Source: Acidimicrobiales bacterium
Lineage (GTDB): Bacteria; Actinomycetota; Acidimicrobiia; Acidimicrobiales; Aldehydirespiratoraceae
DNA length: 64,000 bases
Assembly: GCA_041394245.1 (NCBI GenBank)
Contig: JAWKIR010000004.1
Span: forward strand, 131,170-195,169
Reading direction: 5' to 3'
The position numbers were made by a program, and so were the translations under genes. The notes beneath the pieces were generated by a model. It saw nothing but the letters and a program-made list of their open reading frames with translations. It was not told the origin of the DNA and did not search any database. Of this stretch, positions 54,601-63,559 are shown one piece after another (position 1 is the stretch's first letter; each line of letters starts with the position of its first letter).

Positions 54601-55068
54601 GAGCCAGTGCGACTCGAACTCGACCTGGGACCCGATCTCGTCGAGCACCTCGACCCCGGGCGGGAGTCCGGCCTCGACGGGGTGCTCGTTGAGGATGCGC
54701 TGGGCGAAGGCGTGCAGCGTGCCGACGGCGGCCCCGTCGAGTTGGTCGAGGGCCTGGTGCGCGAGCGCCGCGACCTCGGGATCCTCCGTCGTCGACGCCG
54801 TCTGCTCGAACCGTTGGCGGATGCGGTCGCGCAGCTCGGCCGCCGCCTTCTCGGTGAAGGTGATGGCGGCGATGGACTCCATCGGGACACGGTCGATCAG
54901 CACGAGCGCTTCGACACGGTCGACGAGGGCACGGGTCTTGCCGGACCCGGCGCCGGCCTCCACGAAAAGGGTCGAGGTCCGCTCGGCGACGATGCGATCG
55001 CGGTCGGCCTGGTCGACGGGTTGTTCGATGGTGTCGGGTCCGAAGAGCGGGAGTTGGGGATCGCTCAC
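51613..55068 (-). CDS. adnB: Helicase-nuclease subunit, AdnB/AddA-like (UvrD motor plus C-terminal RecB-family nuclease)
   Basis: Track ORF 51613..55203. GTG 55068 (VSDPQLPLFG) lies 2 nt after the upstream stop. Walker A EAGAGSGKT, AITFTEKAA, LLLDEFQDT, VGDPKQSIYRFRRAD. Nuclease module: GYVDLLY..VVVDWKTD..YRLQGASYAAA. Confidence 0.85.
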   Translation of the reverse strand: MSDPQLPLFGPDTIEQPVDQADRDRIVAERTSTLFVEAGAGSGKTRALVDRVEALVLIDRVPMESIAAITFTEKAAAELRDRIRQRFEQTASTTEDPEVAALAHQALDQLDGAAVGTLHAFAQRILNEHPVEAGLPPGVEVLDEIGSQVEFESHWLQFLDELLDDTDMGRSILALEAARVRLDSLRQLALQMTDNWDLVEERLALDAPEPAPFDIDALLARFDEVLELRHHCTNDDDKLLPWFATVHERRTRLADAADDEIDAMALAADLGEKGTLTIKPGGAGAAANWTVDVKDVRHAVRGLGSDCDAAVRAVTTGALTHIAGRLGRFVLAMAAERRQTGRLEFHDLLVQARRLLRSTAHGAEVRASLRVRYARLLLDEFQDTDPIQVELAALIAATDTEVVERRWDELTVEPGRLFFVGDPKQSIYRFRRADISVYLAARDRFPDGPRLTVNFRTVAPVIAWINDVFGELITFVPESQPDYAPLTAFRREPPPSGPGVALLGTTAADTALSADELRERETRDIAATIADALHGADPWSVHDDDVGWRPARPSDVCILLPARTSLAFLERALDHARIPYRAETSSLVYATREVRELMLALRAVADPTDELATVASLRSFVYGCGDDDLAHWRLGLGGRFSLRHDLPEGAGSHPVADGLRHLAQLHQQRLWSNPAELLDRLVRERGVLETAVATRAPRDVWRRLRFVIDQARAWTDAGGRDLRAYLEWARLQGADNARVSETVLPETDDDSVRIMTIHGAKGLEFPITVLGGMTTQLSKPPMGPSIAFPNGGPPIVRLSGTVTSEGYDDWKPIDDQMDDHERVRLLYVAATRARDHLVVSLHRNAKGKPTSASLLAAPGLASAAGIEWTPHPARVPAISRPTPQPLPARPDWTAERTASLARASARTVIAATTLAREAAPPPRPVPAAPGDPGVDPSDPGPVPGLLPLDPGLDKRPRDLDLPPWQKGRYGTAVGRAVHGVLQVVDLADGSGLDDAARAQAAAEGVANRTDIVARLAQAGVDSSVARAAARSEHWRELWVAAPIGTFLIEGYVDLLYRTAEGLVVVDWKTDRIDGDDDVAVKLERYRLQGASYAAAVEAATGEPVIRVVFAFLREDGATEAELPDLRDAIAEVHARAAELADASARNADASI

Positions 55069-55070
55069 AC

Positions 55071-58000
55071 CTAGACCTCTTCGGTGACGGCGCGCCAAAG
55101 GGCGAGGCCGGGGTGGTCGCTGATCCTCTTGTGGTCGGCGTATTGGTGGGCGGTGCCGAGGCCGTCGGGTTCGCAGAACTCGCATCCCACGAACATCCGC
55201 CAACCGGGTTGGTCGGGGACCTGAGGGAAGACGCCGGCGGCGATGCCATCGACGATCGCCTCGACGGTGCCGAGGGCGAGCCGGGCGACCTCGTCGGTGA
55301 CCCGATAGCCGGCCGTCGAATAGCCGCCCCGCTTGGTCACGAACCAGTAGGCGCCACGGGTCGCCGCGTCGGGGCGTTGCATGACCACCCGGGCTGCGGC
55401 TGCGTAGAGGGCGAGCTGGAGGAATCGGCCGCCCGGGGTCGGCGACGATTCCGAAAGATCCTTGTAGTACTTGCTCTGGCCGGTCTTGTAGTCGATGACG
55501 ATCAACTCGCCGTCGTGGGTTTCATCGACTCGGTCGATCGACCCGCGGATTCGCAGCGGGCGTCCGCTGGGGAGTTCGATCTCGACCGGCGGAGTGGAGG
55601 AGTGGGGCATCCCGAAGGGCAACTCGGTCGCCCGGGGCCGTGCCCCGTGGGCGGCCCGCAGTTGATGGTCCATCTCGAGGAATGCGGTCAGGTCGTCGAG
55701 CACGACCCGACGATCGCGCGCCCAGTAGACGGCCCTTCCGACCAGACCCTTGCCGGCGATCCGCTCGGCCTCGTCGGTCGCGATCTCGAGGAGGCGATCT
55801 CGCTGGTCGGTGCTCCACCTGATGCCCGGCTCGGGAACCGCATCGGAGTCGATTGTCTCCGCCATCCAACGATCGAGGGCGTGGTGGACGAGCGAGCCGA
55901 GGTTGAGGGCGGTGATGCGGTACTGCTCCTCGGGGTCCTCGACCGGGTGGATGCCGAGGACGTGGCGGAGGAAGTAGGCGTGGGGGCAGCCGGCCCACGC
56001 TTCCAGACGGGTGGCCGACGTGACGTGGTCGGCGTCTCTCGGGGTGGGGAGCCGGACGCCCCGGAGGTCGCCGTCGGTGGCGAGGTTGCCGTCGAAGCGG
56101 GTGAAGTCGGTCGAGCCCCGACCCGTGATGAGGTCGACCCCCCGGCGGAGCTCGGGCCGGTCGGCGAGGAGTGCGATGTCTCCGAGGTCGTGGCCCGCGT
56201 CGGCGGCGTCGAGCATCGTGCGCACGTCGTACTCCTGGACATGGGCCGGAAAGTCGGTCGAGCGGAGGGCCGCGATGAACGAGGGGATCTCCCGGAACCA
56301 ATCGCCGGTGGCACGGCCGATGTCGGCGGCGGCCGGCCGCACGCCGTCGTGAGCTTCGACGGAGTCGAGTAGCCAACGCGAGGGGGCGCGTTCGGCGCTG
56401 CGCCGAAGGTCGCCGCGGGGGAAGGTCATCGTCAGGTGGCCGGCCGCGGCCATCACGGCGAGGAGCGCACGATGATCGTCGTGGACGCCCTCGCTGCGGG
56501 GAGGGAGATCTCGCCCGGTGACCGTCCGCACACGGTCGGGCAGGAGTGGGTCGTCGCGCCGGCGCGCCGGGAAGGAGCCCTCGGCCATGCCCACCACGAA
56601 CACCGTGTCGAGTTCGAGGCCGATCGCGAGGTGCGCGCTCCCGATCAGCACACCGTTGCCGAAACTGCCGTGACGGCCGAGGTCATCGGCCAGTTGGAGC
56701 TCGAGCGCGCGTCGGAACGCACCGACCGACGGCGCCGGGTCGATGCCATCGAGATCTCCGAGCCGATCGATTGCAGCGTCCACCCGTTGCGCGGCGGCCC
56801 TCTCGTCGTCGGGCCAACCCTCCCGCAGGGTCTCGCTCCCGAGATAGCTGCGGACGAGAGAACGACACCAGCTCGCGAGCCCGCTCCAGCTCGCGCCTCG
56901 ACCGCCGGGGTCGAGATCGGCCACCAGCGTGGTCATGAAGGTCGCCAGCTCGCGGGCGTGGGTGGCGTCGCGTCGGAGACGCTCGGCGCGCCATGTCTCC
57001 TCGTCGGACATCTCGCTGCGCGTCGCGTCGCCCTCGAGTTCGTCGGCCAGTCGGCTCAGGCGATCGGCCCATTGTGTGGCACCCCCGACGACGCCCGCCG
57101 CTCGCGACGCTCGCTCCCAGGCCGCGACCGGCGCCGGTCGGTTGCCGACGCCGCGGATCGGTGCACTCGCCAGCCACGCGGCGACGTCGCGGCGCGAGAA
57201 GTCGTGGTCGCCGAGCGCGAGCAGCGCCAACAGCGAACGCCCGAGGAGTGACGCGTCGGCGGTCTGCACCGAGGACCCGAACCATTCGATGCCGGCGGCG
57301 TCGAAGGCGTCGCCGAGGAGGCGGGCGTAGGGGTCGCGGGATCCGTAGAGCACGGCGCAGCGCCCGAGGGGTACACCCCGTCGAGCTGCGTCGACGATCG
57401 CCCGCACGGCGTGGCGGACCTCGTCGTCGGCATCGGAGACGCTCAGGCCCCGATCCGCGATCGCGACCTCCGGCTCGTCGGTTGCCGTGGGCCACTCGAT
57501 CCCCAGCCGGTCGACGGCATCTCGAACGGCGGCATCGGCCTGCGCATCGCCGGTGATGCCCGCGATGACGGCGAGTTCGCTCGCCTCACCGAACGCCCGG
57601 AGGAGGTCGGTTTGGCTGGTGGACAACCGTTGGGGGAGGAACGCGATCGCTCTGCCCAGCTCGGCCAGGACGGGTGGGCGATCGGCGAGTGCGGCGATCG
57701 CGGCGGTGACGAGGTCCTGCTCGGTGCTGAAGTGGGGTCCGAGAAGGTCGCCGACAGCGCGGTGGACCCGCACCACGTCGGCCGCTCGATGCGATGTCGC
57801 AGCGATCGCAGCGAGACCGCCGGCGGACACCTCGGAGAGCGCCTGGTGGGCCCTCACCAGCGAACGTTCGGTAGCGGGATGGGTGTGGACACCGGCGAAG
57901 TGGCCCGGATCGCTGTGGAGCACGGCGCGGACCGCGCCGGCGAGGATCGGTGTCGAGACAGGACGGCGATCGGTGCTCGCGACGCGGGCGGCGCCGAGCA

Positions 58001-58211
58001 GTTCGGCCAGGCGGTACGGCGTCAGGAAGGTGACCGCCGCGACACCGCCGCGGCGGCCGAGCGCCCGACGAGCGGCGATGCCGACATGGTTCGACGGCAC
58101 CACCACCGTGACCGGCTCGAGCGGGAGTCCGGCCTTGGCTCTGTCGATGGCGGCAGCGAGCGCTAGATGGGCGGCCTCGCCGTAGGCAGTGGTGTGAAGA
58201 GTGATCGCCAT
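55071..58211 (-). CDS. adnA: Helicase-nuclease subunit, AdnA/AddB-like (degenerate motor lacking Walker A, C-terminal RecB-family nuclease)
   Basis: 1046-aa ORF starting at ATG 58211. C-terminal nuclease IDRVDE..LIVIDYKTGQ..FLQLALYAAAA. Cys cluster GCPHAYF ... GCEFCEP. I found no GxGK[ST] anywhere in the protein; the N-terminus reads VTVVVPSNHVG. Confidence 0.75.
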   Translation of the reverse strand: MAITLHTTAYGEAAHLALAAAIDRAKAGLPLEPVTVVVPSNHVGIAARRALGRRGGVAAVTFLTPYRLAELLGAARVASTDRRPVSTPILAGAVRAVLHSDPGHFAGVHTHPATERSLVRAHQALSEVSAGGLAAIAATSHRAADVVRVHRAVGDLLGPHFSTEQDLVTAAIAALADRPPVLAELGRAIAFLPQRLSTSQTDLLRAFGEASELAVIAGITGDAQADAAVRDAVDRLGIEWPTATDEPEVAIADRGLSVSDADDEVRHAVRAIVDAARRGVPLGRCAVLYGSRDPYARLLGDAFDAAGIEWFGSSVQTADASLLGRSLLALLALGDHDFSRRDVAAWLASAPIRGVGNRPAPVAAWERASRAAGVVGGATQWADRLSRLADELEGDATRSEMSDEETWRAERLRRDATHARELATFMTTLVADLDPGGRGASWSGLASWCRSLVRSYLGSETLREGWPDDERAAAQRVDAAIDRLGDLDGIDPAPSVGAFRRALELQLADDLGRHGSFGNGVLIGSAHLAIGLELDTVFVVGMAEGSFPARRRDDPLLPDRVRTVTGRDLPPRSEGVHDDHRALLAVMAAAGHLTMTFPRGDLRRSAERAPSRWLLDSVEAHDGVRPAAADIGRATGDWFREIPSFIAALRSTDFPAHVQEYDVRTMLDAADAGHDLGDIALLADRPELRRGVDLITGRGSTDFTRFDGNLATDGDLRGVRLPTPRDADHVTSATRLEAWAGCPHAYFLRHVLGIHPVEDPEEQYRITALNLGSLVHHALDRWMAETIDSDAVPEPGIRWSTDQRDRLLEIATDEAERIAGKGLVGRAVYWARDRRVVLDDLTAFLEMDHQLRAAHGARPRATELPFGMPHSSTPPVEIELPSGRPLRIRGSIDRVDETHDGELIVIDYKTGQSKYYKDLSESSPTPGGRFLQLALYAAAARVVMQRPDAATRGAYWFVTKRGGYSTAGYRVTDEVARLALGTVEAIVDGIAAGVFPQVPDQPGWRMFVGCEFCEPDGLGTAHQYADHKRISDHPGLALWRAVTEEV

Positions 58212-58288
58212 CCGCAGGGATCGTACGCAGAGGGTGTGACGCTTCGCAGAAGGCGCCTATTCACCGACGAGCCGCCTAGGTTCTCGCG

Positions 58289-59530
58289 GTGAAGTTGCTG
58301 ACCGACACGGCGCCGCTGCGCGAGTCCCGCCAGTTCCGGCTGTTGTTCATCGGCCGCACGATCTCGGTGGCCGGGTCGCAATTCACCGTGGTCGCCGCGC
58401 CGTTCCAGGTCTTCGACATCACCGACTCGACGCTGATGGTCGGCCTCCTCGCGCTGGCGCAGCTTCCGCCGCTCCTGGTCGCCTCGTTCCTCGGCGGGAC
58501 GCTCGCCGACGCGTTCGACCGTCGGCGGATCCTGATCGTGACCCAGCTGCTGTTGGCACTCGCCTCGGTGGGGCTGGCGCTCAACGCCACGCTGGCCGAG
58601 CCGCAGCTGTGGGTCGTCTTCGTGCTGACATCGGTGATCGCGGCGCTCTCGGGGATCGACAGTCCGACCCGCACCGCTGTCGTTCCCACCCTCGTGACCC
58701 CCGCCCAGCTCCCCTCCGCCCTCGCGCTCAACCAGTTGAGCTACCAGATCGCGCTGGTCGTCGGTCCGGCGCTCGCCGGTCTCGTGATCACGCAGAGCAT
58801 CGCCGCCGCCTACTGGGTCGACGTCGTCACCTTCAGCGCCGGTCTCGTCGCGCTCCTGTTGATGCTGCCGATGGTCCCCCTCGGTGGAGGTACCCCACCG
58901 GGGTGGCGATCGGCGGTCGCCGGGTGGCGCTACCTCCGATCACAACCCGCGGTCGAGGGCGCGTTCGTCATCGATCTCAACGCCATGGTGTTCGGGATGC
59001 CGCGCACCCTCTTCCCGGAGCTCGCGACCCGCGTGTTCAACGCGCCGGGTGCGGTCGGGCTGCTCTACGCGGCGCCCGCCGTCGGTGCGTTCATCGGTGC
59101 GGCGACGTCGGGATGGATCAACCGGATCGACCGCCAGGGCAAGGGGGTGTTGGTCTCGGTGATCCTGTGGGGCGGTTCGATCGCGCTCTTCGGCTTCTCG
59201 CCCTGGCTCTGGCTCGCCCTCGTGTTGCTGGCAGTCGCCGGCTGGGCCGATGTCATCTCGGCGGTGATGCGCAACACCATCATCATGTTGACCGTGCCCG
59301 ACGAGCTCCGCGGTCGGCTGAGTGCGCTGCACATCGCCAACGTCACGGGCGGACCGCGATTGGGCGACGTCGAGTCGGGTGCGGTCGCCGCGGCGACGAG
59401 CGTGCGTGTGTCGGCCTGGAGCGGGGGGCTGGCCTGCGTACTGGGCGTCGGCGTGGTCGCGCGGGCCTATCCGGCCCTACGCGGCTGGCGGCTGTCGGAT
59501 CACTCGGCCGAGGTCGAGCCGGCCGAGTGA
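58289..59530 (+). CDS. MFS transporter (EntS / MFS_3-like)
   Basis: 413-aa ORF with a GTG start. The opening RESRQFRLLFIGRTISVAGSQFTVVAAPFQVF is typical of the family. About 12 TM segments. Confidence 0.8.
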   Translation: MKLLTDTAPLRESRQFRLLFIGRTISVAGSQFTVVAAPFQVFDITDSTLMVGLLALAQLPPLLVASFLGGTLADAFDRRRILIVTQLLLALASVGLALNATLAEPQLWVVFVLTSVIAALSGIDSPTRTAVVPTLVTPAQLPSALALNQLSYQIALVVGPALAGLVITQSIAAAYWVDVVTFSAGLVALLLMLPMVPLGGGTPPGWRSAVAGWRYLRSQPAVEGAFVIDLNAMVFGMPRTLFPELATRVFNAPGAVGLLYAAPAVGAFIGAATSGWINRIDRQGKGVLVSVILWGGSIALFGFSPWLWLALVLLAVAGWADVISAVMRNTIIMLTVPDELRGRLSALHIANVTGGPRLGDVESGAVAAATSVRVSAWSGGLACVLGVGVVARAYPALRGWRLSDHSAEVEPAE

Positions 59531-59537
59531 CCGTCGC

Positions 59538-62096
59538 TCAGCCGCCGTGCACGAACTCGATCACCTGCTGGTAGGTCGGACGGTTCGTGGAACGGAAGTC
59601 GTCGGGGATCAGGTTGGGGACGAACGTCGACCGCCGCCCCTCGCGCAACCAGGTCGACATGTCGTCGCCGAGTTCCGCGGCGAGCGCCGCAACCCGGGTG
59701 TCGACGGCCGCCCAGAGGTCGCTCTGGCACGTCGCGAGATCGCCGGCTCCGCAGTACGAGAGCTGGAACGGCCCTTCCACCGGCTGACCGAGCAGGGTGC
59801 GCAGGTCCTTGTCGATGATGCTTTCCTCGTCGATGCCCTGCAGCCCGATCTCGTCGTCGAACAGCGGCTGGAAGACGGGGGCGAGCGCAGCGGTCCGGAT
59901 CGGGTCCCACAGCTCTGCGGCGAGGAGGGCGGCCGGGTCGTCGTAGTCGCCGTCGTCGTCGGCGTCGAGCAGCGGAGCGTCGTCGGCGACCCACGCCTGG
60001 AGCAGGGCGACGGCCTCGGCGGCCATGTCGGAGGGTGCATCGCCGCCGGCCAGCGCGTCGAGGACCACGGCCCAGACCAGTGCCGAGGTGTCCTCGGTGG
60101 CGGCGCGGTTCATGATCGAGACGACGTCGGACAGCTCGGCCTCGTCGGGCCACTGATCGAAGTTCTCCACCCGATGGTGCGAGCCGTAGAGGTTGCCATC
60201 GCCGTGCATGAAGCCCGGGGCGGACTGGTTGTTCCAGTTGAGCAGACGCCCGTCGGGATGGGTGTCTGCGTGCGGGTGTTCGTCCTGGCCGATGAAGCCC
60301 TGCCACTCGTAGTCGCCGGTTCCGAGGGTCGGGAGACGGCGGTCGAGTCCTTCGGCCCGCTCCGGCAGGAGTCCCGAGGCGAAGTAGGCGATGCCGTCGC
60401 GGTTGGCGTAGCCCCAGTTGAAGGTGAAGCCGAACCTGTCGGCCACTTCGAAGAACGCCTCCGGGGTGTCGGCGTCGCCCTCCGTCATGCTCTTGAGCGC
60501 CCCCAGATTGAGCACGTCACGGCCGAAGGTCGACCGGGCCCGGCTGAGCGCGACAGGTTCGCCGTCGGAGAGCGCCGTGCCGATGACCGGGCCGTGCACG
60601 CTGACCGGGTAGACGATCGGGGCGCCGGCGAGCGTGCCGGCCTCGAAGATCTCGAAGGGGATGCACTCGCCCTCGAAGAGGTAGTGGCCGGAGTCGCGGG
60701 TCGGGGTCGACCCGTCGGGCTCGCACAGCACCTCGGCGAACACGTCGCGCACGTCCTGATTGGCCGACGTGAGGCTCCACGCGTAGTCCTCGGTGCGGCC
60801 GATGAGGAGATACATGCCCAGGCCGGTGACGGCCGCGCCCTGGGCCTCGAAGTCGGGACCCTTGAGGTGCATCTGCATCACGATCTCGGGGTAGTAGTAG
60901 CCGAGCTGCGGGCCCATCACGGCGAGGCTGTTGCCGGTGAGCGACTCGCCGGGCTCGACGGTCAGCCAGTTCGATGCGGTGATGAACGGTGGCGAGTCGA
61001 CCGCGTCGACGAACGCGGCGTCGTCGAACGAGATGTTCTGGACCCCGGGGTTCGAGCCCGGGGCGGGGTCACGGGCATCGAGCGAGATGACCGACCCTTC
61101 GTCGATCGCGACGGACCCGGTCACCTCTCCGCCGGTGAAGGTGCCGTAGTCGAAGCGTTCCTCGATGGTGGTGTAGGCCTCGGGGTCATCCGTTTGCATC
61201 AGGTCTTCCCACGCGGCTCGGCCCTGTTCGTCGCCGAGGCGGTTCTGGAGTTGTGAGAGGAACTCGGCGTTGCGGGCCTCGGAGCCGCCGCCGGCGCCGA
61301 AGATCGACCCGATGAACGCGGTCGTCGCGATGATGTCGTTCACCGTGTAGGGCGTGGTCGGGAGGTCGTTGGCCTCGATGTAGGCGTTGGCTCCGGCGAC
61401 GAACGCCTCGAGGTCGGCGAGGATCTCCTCGCCTTCGGTCCCGTAGGTGTCGAGCAGCACCTGGATCTGATCGGTCACGAGCTGCTCGGTCGCTTCACTC
61501 GGGACGAAGGGCGTTGCGCTGGTGACGAGGGAGAACGCATCGACGCCCGGGATGTCGGCGACCGCGGCGCGGGCGGGACCGCGGCCGAAGTCGAGCAGGA
61601 TGCTGCGATCGCGGATGGTCACCCAGCCGGCGCCGAAGGAGACGTCGTCGCGAGTCTCGCCGGTGATGTGGGCGATGCCGAACTCGTCGTAGAGGATCTC
61701 GACGCCCGGTCGGCCGGTCTCCTCGACGGTGGTCGCCCCGATCGGGGCGAAGTCCTGTGGGAGGTAGAAGTTCTCGATGTCGTCGTCGGTCACATTGCCG
61801 CGCAGCGGTGTGAGGCCGTCGTAGAGCGCGAGCTGATCGAGTGAATCATCGGTGGTCGGAAGACCGCCGTAGTTTCCCGGCGGGAGGATGTAGTGGGCGC
61901 GGTCCTCGGTCACGACCGGGATGTCGGCGTCGACGTCGGTGGTCGAGTCGTCCGGCGCCGCCGTCGTGCTCGTCGAGTCGCCGCCTTCGGGCGGCGGGTC
62001 GGTCGTCGGGTCGTCGTCGCTGCATGCAGCCGCGACGAGTGCCAGCGCGATGGCGATCGCCGCGAAGCGGCGGGTGCGTGATGAACGAGTCGGCAT
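59538..62096 (-). CDS. Penicillin acylase-family (Ntn hydrolase, S45) lipoprotein
   Basis: Track ORF 59538..62159. ATG 62096 opens MPTRSSRTRRFAAIAIALALVAAAC (lipobox). Strings DEFGIAHI and the beta-chain N-terminal nucleophile context ITASNWLTV. Size is about 850 aa. Confidence 0.85.
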   Translation of the reverse strand: MPTRSSRTRRFAAIAIALALVAAACSDDDPTTDPPPEGGDSTSTTAAPDDSTTDVDADIPVVTEDRAHYILPPGNYGGLPTTDDSLDQLALYDGLTPLRGNVTDDDIENFYLPQDFAPIGATTVEETGRPGVEILYDEFGIAHITGETRDDVSFGAGWVTIRDRSILLDFGRGPARAAVADIPGVDAFSLVTSATPFVPSEATEQLVTDQIQVLLDTYGTEGEEILADLEAFVAGANAYIEANDLPTTPYTVNDIIATTAFIGSIFGAGGGSEARNAEFLSQLQNRLGDEQGRAAWEDLMQTDDPEAYTTIEERFDYGTFTGGEVTGSVAIDEGSVISLDARDPAPGSNPGVQNISFDDAAFVDAVDSPPFITASNWLTVEPGESLTGNSLAVMGPQLGYYYPEIVMQMHLKGPDFEAQGAAVTGLGMYLLIGRTEDYAWSLTSANQDVRDVFAEVLCEPDGSTPTRDSGHYLFEGECIPFEIFEAGTLAGAPIVYPVSVHGPVIGTALSDGEPVALSRARSTFGRDVLNLGALKSMTEGDADTPEAFFEVADRFGFTFNWGYANRDGIAYFASGLLPERAEGLDRRLPTLGTGDYEWQGFIGQDEHPHADTHPDGRLLNWNNQSAPGFMHGDGNLYGSHHRVENFDQWPDEAELSDVVSIMNRAATEDTSALVWAVVLDALAGGDAPSDMAAEAVALLQAWVADDAPLLDADDDGDYDDPAALLAAELWDPIRTAALAPVFQPLFDDEIGLQGIDEESIIDKDLRTLLGQPVEGPFQLSYCGAGDLATCQSDLWAAVDTRVAALAAELGDDMSTWLREGRRSTFVPNLIPDDFRSTNRPTYQQVIEFVHGG

Positions 62097-62203
62097 TGGG
62101 TCCCCTCCCGAGTCCGGGGCGAATCCTAGACACGCTGCGGCAGAACCCGCCGCGACCACGGCAACGCGTACATTGGCGCGGCCGACGAACAGCGAGGGCG
62201 ACC

Positions 62204-62578
62204 GTGATCATCGTCGATGCGATGAACGTCAGGGGATGCGTGCCGGACGGATGGTGGCGCGACAAGGCCGCCGCCCTGCGCCGGCTGGTCGATGCGATCG
62301 CCGAGCACGACTGGCTCGACGAGTGGGTGGTGGTGATAGCCGACGGACGACCGGTGCACGACCTCGCGGCGGGGACCCGGGGGCGGGTCGAGTTGCGCTA
62401 TGCCGGGCATTCGGGCCGGGATGCGGCCGACGACGACATCGTTGCGTTGGCCCGTTCGCTCGACCCCGACGACGGTCCGGTCGTGGTGGTGACCTCGGAC
62501 CGGGGGTTGATCGAGCGGCTTCCCGACGGCATCGCCGTGGAGGGCGCTCGCGCCTTCCGCCGTCGACTGGGGTTCTGA
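62204..62578 (+). CDS. NYN-domain (YacP/Rae1-like, PIN-fold) predicted RNase
   Basis: Tail of track ORF 61841..62578. GTG 62204 is preceded by GAGGG. VIIVDAMNVRG ... VVVIADG ... DAADDDIV ... VVVVTSDRGL gives the acidic-residue spacing of YacP-like NYN domains. Confidence 0.6.
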   Translation: MIIVDAMNVRGCVPDGWWRDKAAALRRLVDAIAEHDWLDEWVVVIADGRPVHDLAAGTRGRVELRYAGHSGRDAADDDIVALARSLDPDDGPVVVVTSDRGLIERLPDGIAVEGARAFRRRLGF

Positions 62579-62588
62579 TCGGTCGCCG

Positions 62589-63446
62589 TCAGCCTTCCGG
62601 CGGTGCGACGAAGTCGATCAATTCCTCGACGGCGCCGAGCATCTGGGGTTCGAGGTCCTTCCAGGAGTTGACCTTTCCGAGCAGGTGCTTCCAGAACTCG
62701 CCGGGCGAAGCCGTGAGGCCGAGCGCGGCGATCACACCCTCCTTCCAGGGCTGTCCTCGCGGGATCTCCGGCCATCGGTCGATGCCCAGCACGGCCGGCT
62801 TCACGGCCTGCCACACATCGACGAACGGGTGACCGGTGATCACGACGTTGCGATCGCCGATCTCCGACGCGATGCGACTCTCCTTCGACCCTTCGACGAG
62901 ATGGTCGAGCAGGATGCCGAGGCGGCGGTTGTCGCCGGGGCGGAAGCCGCGGACCCGGTCGGCGAGATCGTCGGCGCCTTCGAGTTGTTCGACGACGACC
63001 CCCTCGACACGAAGATCGGCACCCCAGACCTTCTCGACGAGTTCGGCGTCGTGGATGCCCTCCACCCAGATGCGGCTGGCCCGAGCGACGCGAGCGGGCA
63101 CGTCGCCGAGGTCGATCGAGCCCGAGGCGGTCAGGGTCGGACCGGTGGCCTTCGGTGCCGGGGCGCGCAGCGTGACCGGCACCCCCTTGCCGTCGATCGC
63201 GGCGCGGACCGAGCCGTCGGCGTAGCGAAACGTGTGGTCCTTGCCGTGGCGGTCGCGCAGGACGAGCTTCGGCGGGCTGAACTCGACCAGGGCGCCGACG
63301 ATGCCGCTGCCCCGGTCCTCGAGCACGAGCCCCCGGGTCGCCTCCATGACCGGTCGTTGGCGGGCGCGGGCGGCCCGGCTGCCGGTCGGGTCGTCGAGAT
63401 CGATCGTCTCGAGACGGGGTCGGGTGCGATCGTCTGGCGGTGACAT
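62589..63446 (-). CDS. DUF3097 domain-containing protein
   Basis: Track ORF 62589..63479 starts at a GTG; ATG 63446 is preferred. IWVEGIHDAELVEKVWGADLRVEGVVVEQLEGADDL and ITGHPFVDVWQAVKP match my recollection of the conserved actinobacterial DUF3097. Confidence 0.6.
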   Translation of the reverse strand: MSPPDDRTRPRLETIDLDDPTGSRAARARQRPVMEATRGLVLEDRGSGIVGALVEFSPPKLVLRDRHGKDHTFRYADGSVRAAIDGKGVPVTLRAPAPKATGPTLTASGSIDLGDVPARVARASRIWVEGIHDAELVEKVWGADLRVEGVVVEQLEGADDLADRVRGFRPGDNRRLGILLDHLVEGSKESRIASEIGDRNVVITGHPFVDVWQAVKPAVLGIDRWPEIPRGQPWKEGVIAALGLTASPGEFWKHLLGKVNSWKDLEPQMLGAVEELIDFVAPPEG

Positions 63447-63511
63447 CGCGACCGACGCTATGTCGAGCGTCCCGCTCACGGGTGGAGGGCAGCCTGCGAA
63501 TCCTGGGAGCC

Positions 63512-63559
63512 TTGACTCACGGAGTAAACACTCACAGTGTTTGGCCGACAGAGTAGGTT
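63512..63559 (+). promoter_or_regulatory. Candidate promoter/operator of the MerR-family gene
   Basis: TTGACT (63512..63517), the 7-bp-arm palindrome AAACACT-cac-AGTGTTT (63526..63542), and the -10-like TAGGTT (63554..63559) immediately before GTG 63560/63566. A leaderless transcript is possible. Confidence 0.35.

Noticed and set aside
53513-55249. Several long ORFs on both strands inside the AdnB/AdnA genes: 53513..55249(-), 53629..55074(+), 55113..56372(+), 57411..58166(+).
   Set aside because: All are off-frame or antisense to genes with helicase and nuclease motifs, and are Arg/Pro- or Gly/Asp/Val-rich.
63512-63545. Whether the MerR-family gene is HspR with its HAIR operator (CTTGAGT-N7-ACTCAAG).
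   Set aside because: cTTGACTcacGGAGT only loosely resembles one HAIR half-site pair. No dnaK/grpE/dnaJ genes are adjacent, and the HTH sequence is generic MerR. The evidence is insufficient.
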